This document shows, one piece after another, positions 61,858 to 64,000 of a stretch of 64,000 nt of DNA; the stretch's first letter is position 1; every line of letters starts with the position of its first letter. Below the pieces are notes generated by a model. That model saw only the letters and a program-made list of their open reading frames with translations, did not search any database and was not told the DNA's origin. Origin of the DNA: Guillardia theta CCMP2712 (lineage: Eukaryota > Protista > Cryptophyta); assembly GCF_000315625.1 (NCBI RefSeq), contig NW_005434614.1:96412-160411 (forward strand), read 5' to 3'. The translations under genes were made by a program, and so were the position numbers.

Positions 61858-63218
61858 AGTAGTCGACGATTCAAGCTTACCCCTTGATTCGCATGTAACA
61901 AGAACTTAGACGGTCACATGTCCATGCTTGAAAATCTTTACTAGTGTACAACTATTTCACATGAGGTAGCCTGAGAGAACCGATGGCAAATCATTCCTGC
62001 GAACCGTCAGCTTGCACTCCCCCAGTACTCCAAGGCTCATCACCTGTCACAGAAGGGCGGCATGCACGTCACGCCTCCCTTGGCATGCTTCGCACTTTTG
62101 CCTGGCAGAGAAGCCATTCACTTTCTAAGAAGGCCAACACGAAGATAGATGACCTCTGAGAGCTCCATGCGAGTTGTGAAGCCTCCTCTTTATCGACTCC
62201 TTGTGAAAGCACCCGATTATGAACAAGCAGCAAGACATACAACATAATGGCCTTACCAAGTGCGAGATCCTAGATCTCAGACTTTTATTCGAGCTCTCCA
62301 GCTCTTTAATCTTTCTCTGTGCGGCCGCAAGAGCCCTGACCCTGCATGCCACAGTCAAGCATTAAAAGTCGCCTAGTTATTCTCATACGAATGAGGATGA
62401 CTGCCAGCAGTTTTCGACGAGGGGAGAGGCGATTGTGCAAGCATGGTCGTCAAATCTCTTCTCTCTCCTCTCATTGACATCTTCGCTGTCGCCATCATCG
62501 CCGCCATCATGACAACGGTCCCAAGGATAGTCGCCCAAGGGGCATTCATTGCAGCGACTCAGGGAGTGAAATTAGACCTTTAAAATTTGAAATATCGATT
62601 GAGAGTGAAAGTTTTCTCACACCTCCTCTGAAATGTGATATAGGTTTTGGATCAACGAAGCGACACCGTGCCATACAGTCAGTTGAATCAAACCAACGAC
62701 AATGCCTTGCGAGACAGGAGAGGAGGGAGAGTGGGAGAGGGGAGGGGAGAGAGGGGAGGGAGGGAGGAGAGACATAGTGACAGAGAGTGAAGGAAACGAG
62801 AACGCGTACAGTGGTGTCTGGGTGGGATGCGAGCAGTATGGACCAAGAGGATAGGGGGGACAGCAGGGTGTCATTCTGGCAGATAGGCGAGTCAGGGTCG
62901 TTATGAGCAGGTGACAAGTAGGATGAAGGAAAGCGATGAGTTGTCTGAGAGCTGTAGGCTGATATTAGAGCAGCTAAGGTGTGTGTTTGTGTTGTGTTAC
63001 AAGGAGAAATAGGACTAAAGGTACATGACCATGGGAACATTCTCGATAGTAGCGCCACTTGTGGTGGTTTGCACTGCTCACGTCTGAAACTGAGATCCGC
63101 CATGTATCTTACAATGATGTCTTGTCAGCCTGCACTCTTAATCCAACGAGGCATCGACATGGGTGCTTCTTCGTAGGCAGATTCGCCTGATTCAGTCCTG
63201 GGTCGCATCGATCTCAGA

Positions 63219-64000
63219 ATGTCCTTGGGCAGAACTCCGCAGCTCTCCGGTCGCTCCAGCCCCGTGAGCTCCGGTAGAGCCACGCCTGTGACCAAGAGCA
63301 TCTTCCGGGGGGAGAGCGACAGCATGACGCCGGCGGGATCGAGCATGGAGGAGCTGCTGTCATGCGAACGGACTTTCGCGCAGTTGAAGCGAGAAGGACG
63401 ACATCTTGACGCGCTTCCTTACATGGAGATGTCGGTGGTGCTGAGGAAGAAGATCTACGGAGATGACAGCAAGGAAGTCTTGAGAGCCTGCCAAGTTTTC
63501 ACCACGTCCTGCAACACTCTGGCGATGAACTGCCTGCAGAAGGACGAGTACGCCAAGGCGTACGAGCTGCTGAAGAAGGCGGAGCTGCTGACTGAGCCGC
63601 GGGGGTACCTGCAGGAGGAGAAGACGCGGCTGAAGCTGAGGGCTGTGACCTTCAACAACCTCGGCTGCTTCTACAAGCGCAGGGGGAAGCTCCACGCAGC
63701 GCTGCAGTACCTGGACAAGGCCCTCAAGATTGAGCTCTCGTCGGAGGAGGTCGACAACCCAGCTGGTACTCACCTCAACCTATGCGCCACCCTCTCTCAG
63801 CTCGGAAGACACGCACCGGCTCTCGAGCATGCGCAGTGTGCGCTGGAGCTGTTGAAGCAGAGTGTCGCCAGGAAGAAGAGCAAGGGGGGCAAAGTGAGTT
63901 TCGAACATTTGTCCTCCTCCCTCTGGTCCTCCTCCTCCTCCTCCTCCCCTCCCCCCCCCCTCCCCCCCCCCCCCCTTTCTTCTTCATCTCCCCTCTCCTC
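63219..64000 (+). CDS. TPR-repeat protein, 5' part only (continues beyond the window; absent from the ORF track)
   Basis: Open frame from ATG 63219: CNTLAMNCLQ..YELLKKAE..AVTFNNLGCFYKRRGKLHAALQYLDKALKIE..AGTHLNLCATLSQLGRH. GT donor at about 63894. Confidence 0.88.
   Translation, partial: MSLGRTPQLSGRSSPVSSGRATPVTKSIFRGESDSMTPAGSSMEELLSCERTFAQLKREGRHLDALPYMEMSVVLRKKIYGDDSKEVLRACQVFTTSCNTLAMNCLQKDEYAKAYELLKKAELLTEPRGYLQEEKTRLKLRAVTFNNLGCFYKRRGKLHAALQYLDKALKIELSSEEVDNPAGTHLNLCATLSQLGRHAPALEHAQCALELLKQSVARKKSKGGKVSFEHLSSSLWSSSSSSSPPPPLPPPPLSSSSPLS

Noticed and set aside
61960-62510. Possible small spliced minus-strand coiled-coil gene
   Set aside because: Exon-like pieces exist (VRALAAAQRKIKELESSNKSLRSRI), but no reliable model or homology could be built.

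Overview
Gene-dense, intron-rich eukaryotic nuclear DNA, most likely from a cryptophyte alga such as Guillardia theta. This is an inference from the many short introns filled with GA/CT tracts, a bipartite plastid presequence with an A|F cleavage site, and an RLRGG presequence motif. About 17 spliced or intronless host genes are supportable: a PH-domain single-domain voltage-gated channel, an RCC1/IPT protein, a receptor-like RelA/SpoT-domain protein, RPL23, an IBTK-like protein, an SR splicing factor, a PDZ coiled-coil protein, a PH-MORN protein, a mitochondrial-carrier-family protein, a dynein-MTBD-like protein, plastid GPAT, a cNMP-domain PAK-like kinase, an ankyrin protein, two TPR proteins, LTV1 and a short hypothetical protein. 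The window also holds a degenerate Crypton tyrosine-recombinase element, a degenerate Fanzor/TnpB remnant, a 416-N gap and recurrent intergenic islands that share a ~40-bp motif. The strongest candidate for a novel system is a type I membrane receptor (13166-16583, minus) joining an extracellular ProX/OpuAC-like solute-binding domain to a cytosolic RelA/SpoT-type synthetase domain. All exon boundaries and domain calls were made by eye; no database searches were run.
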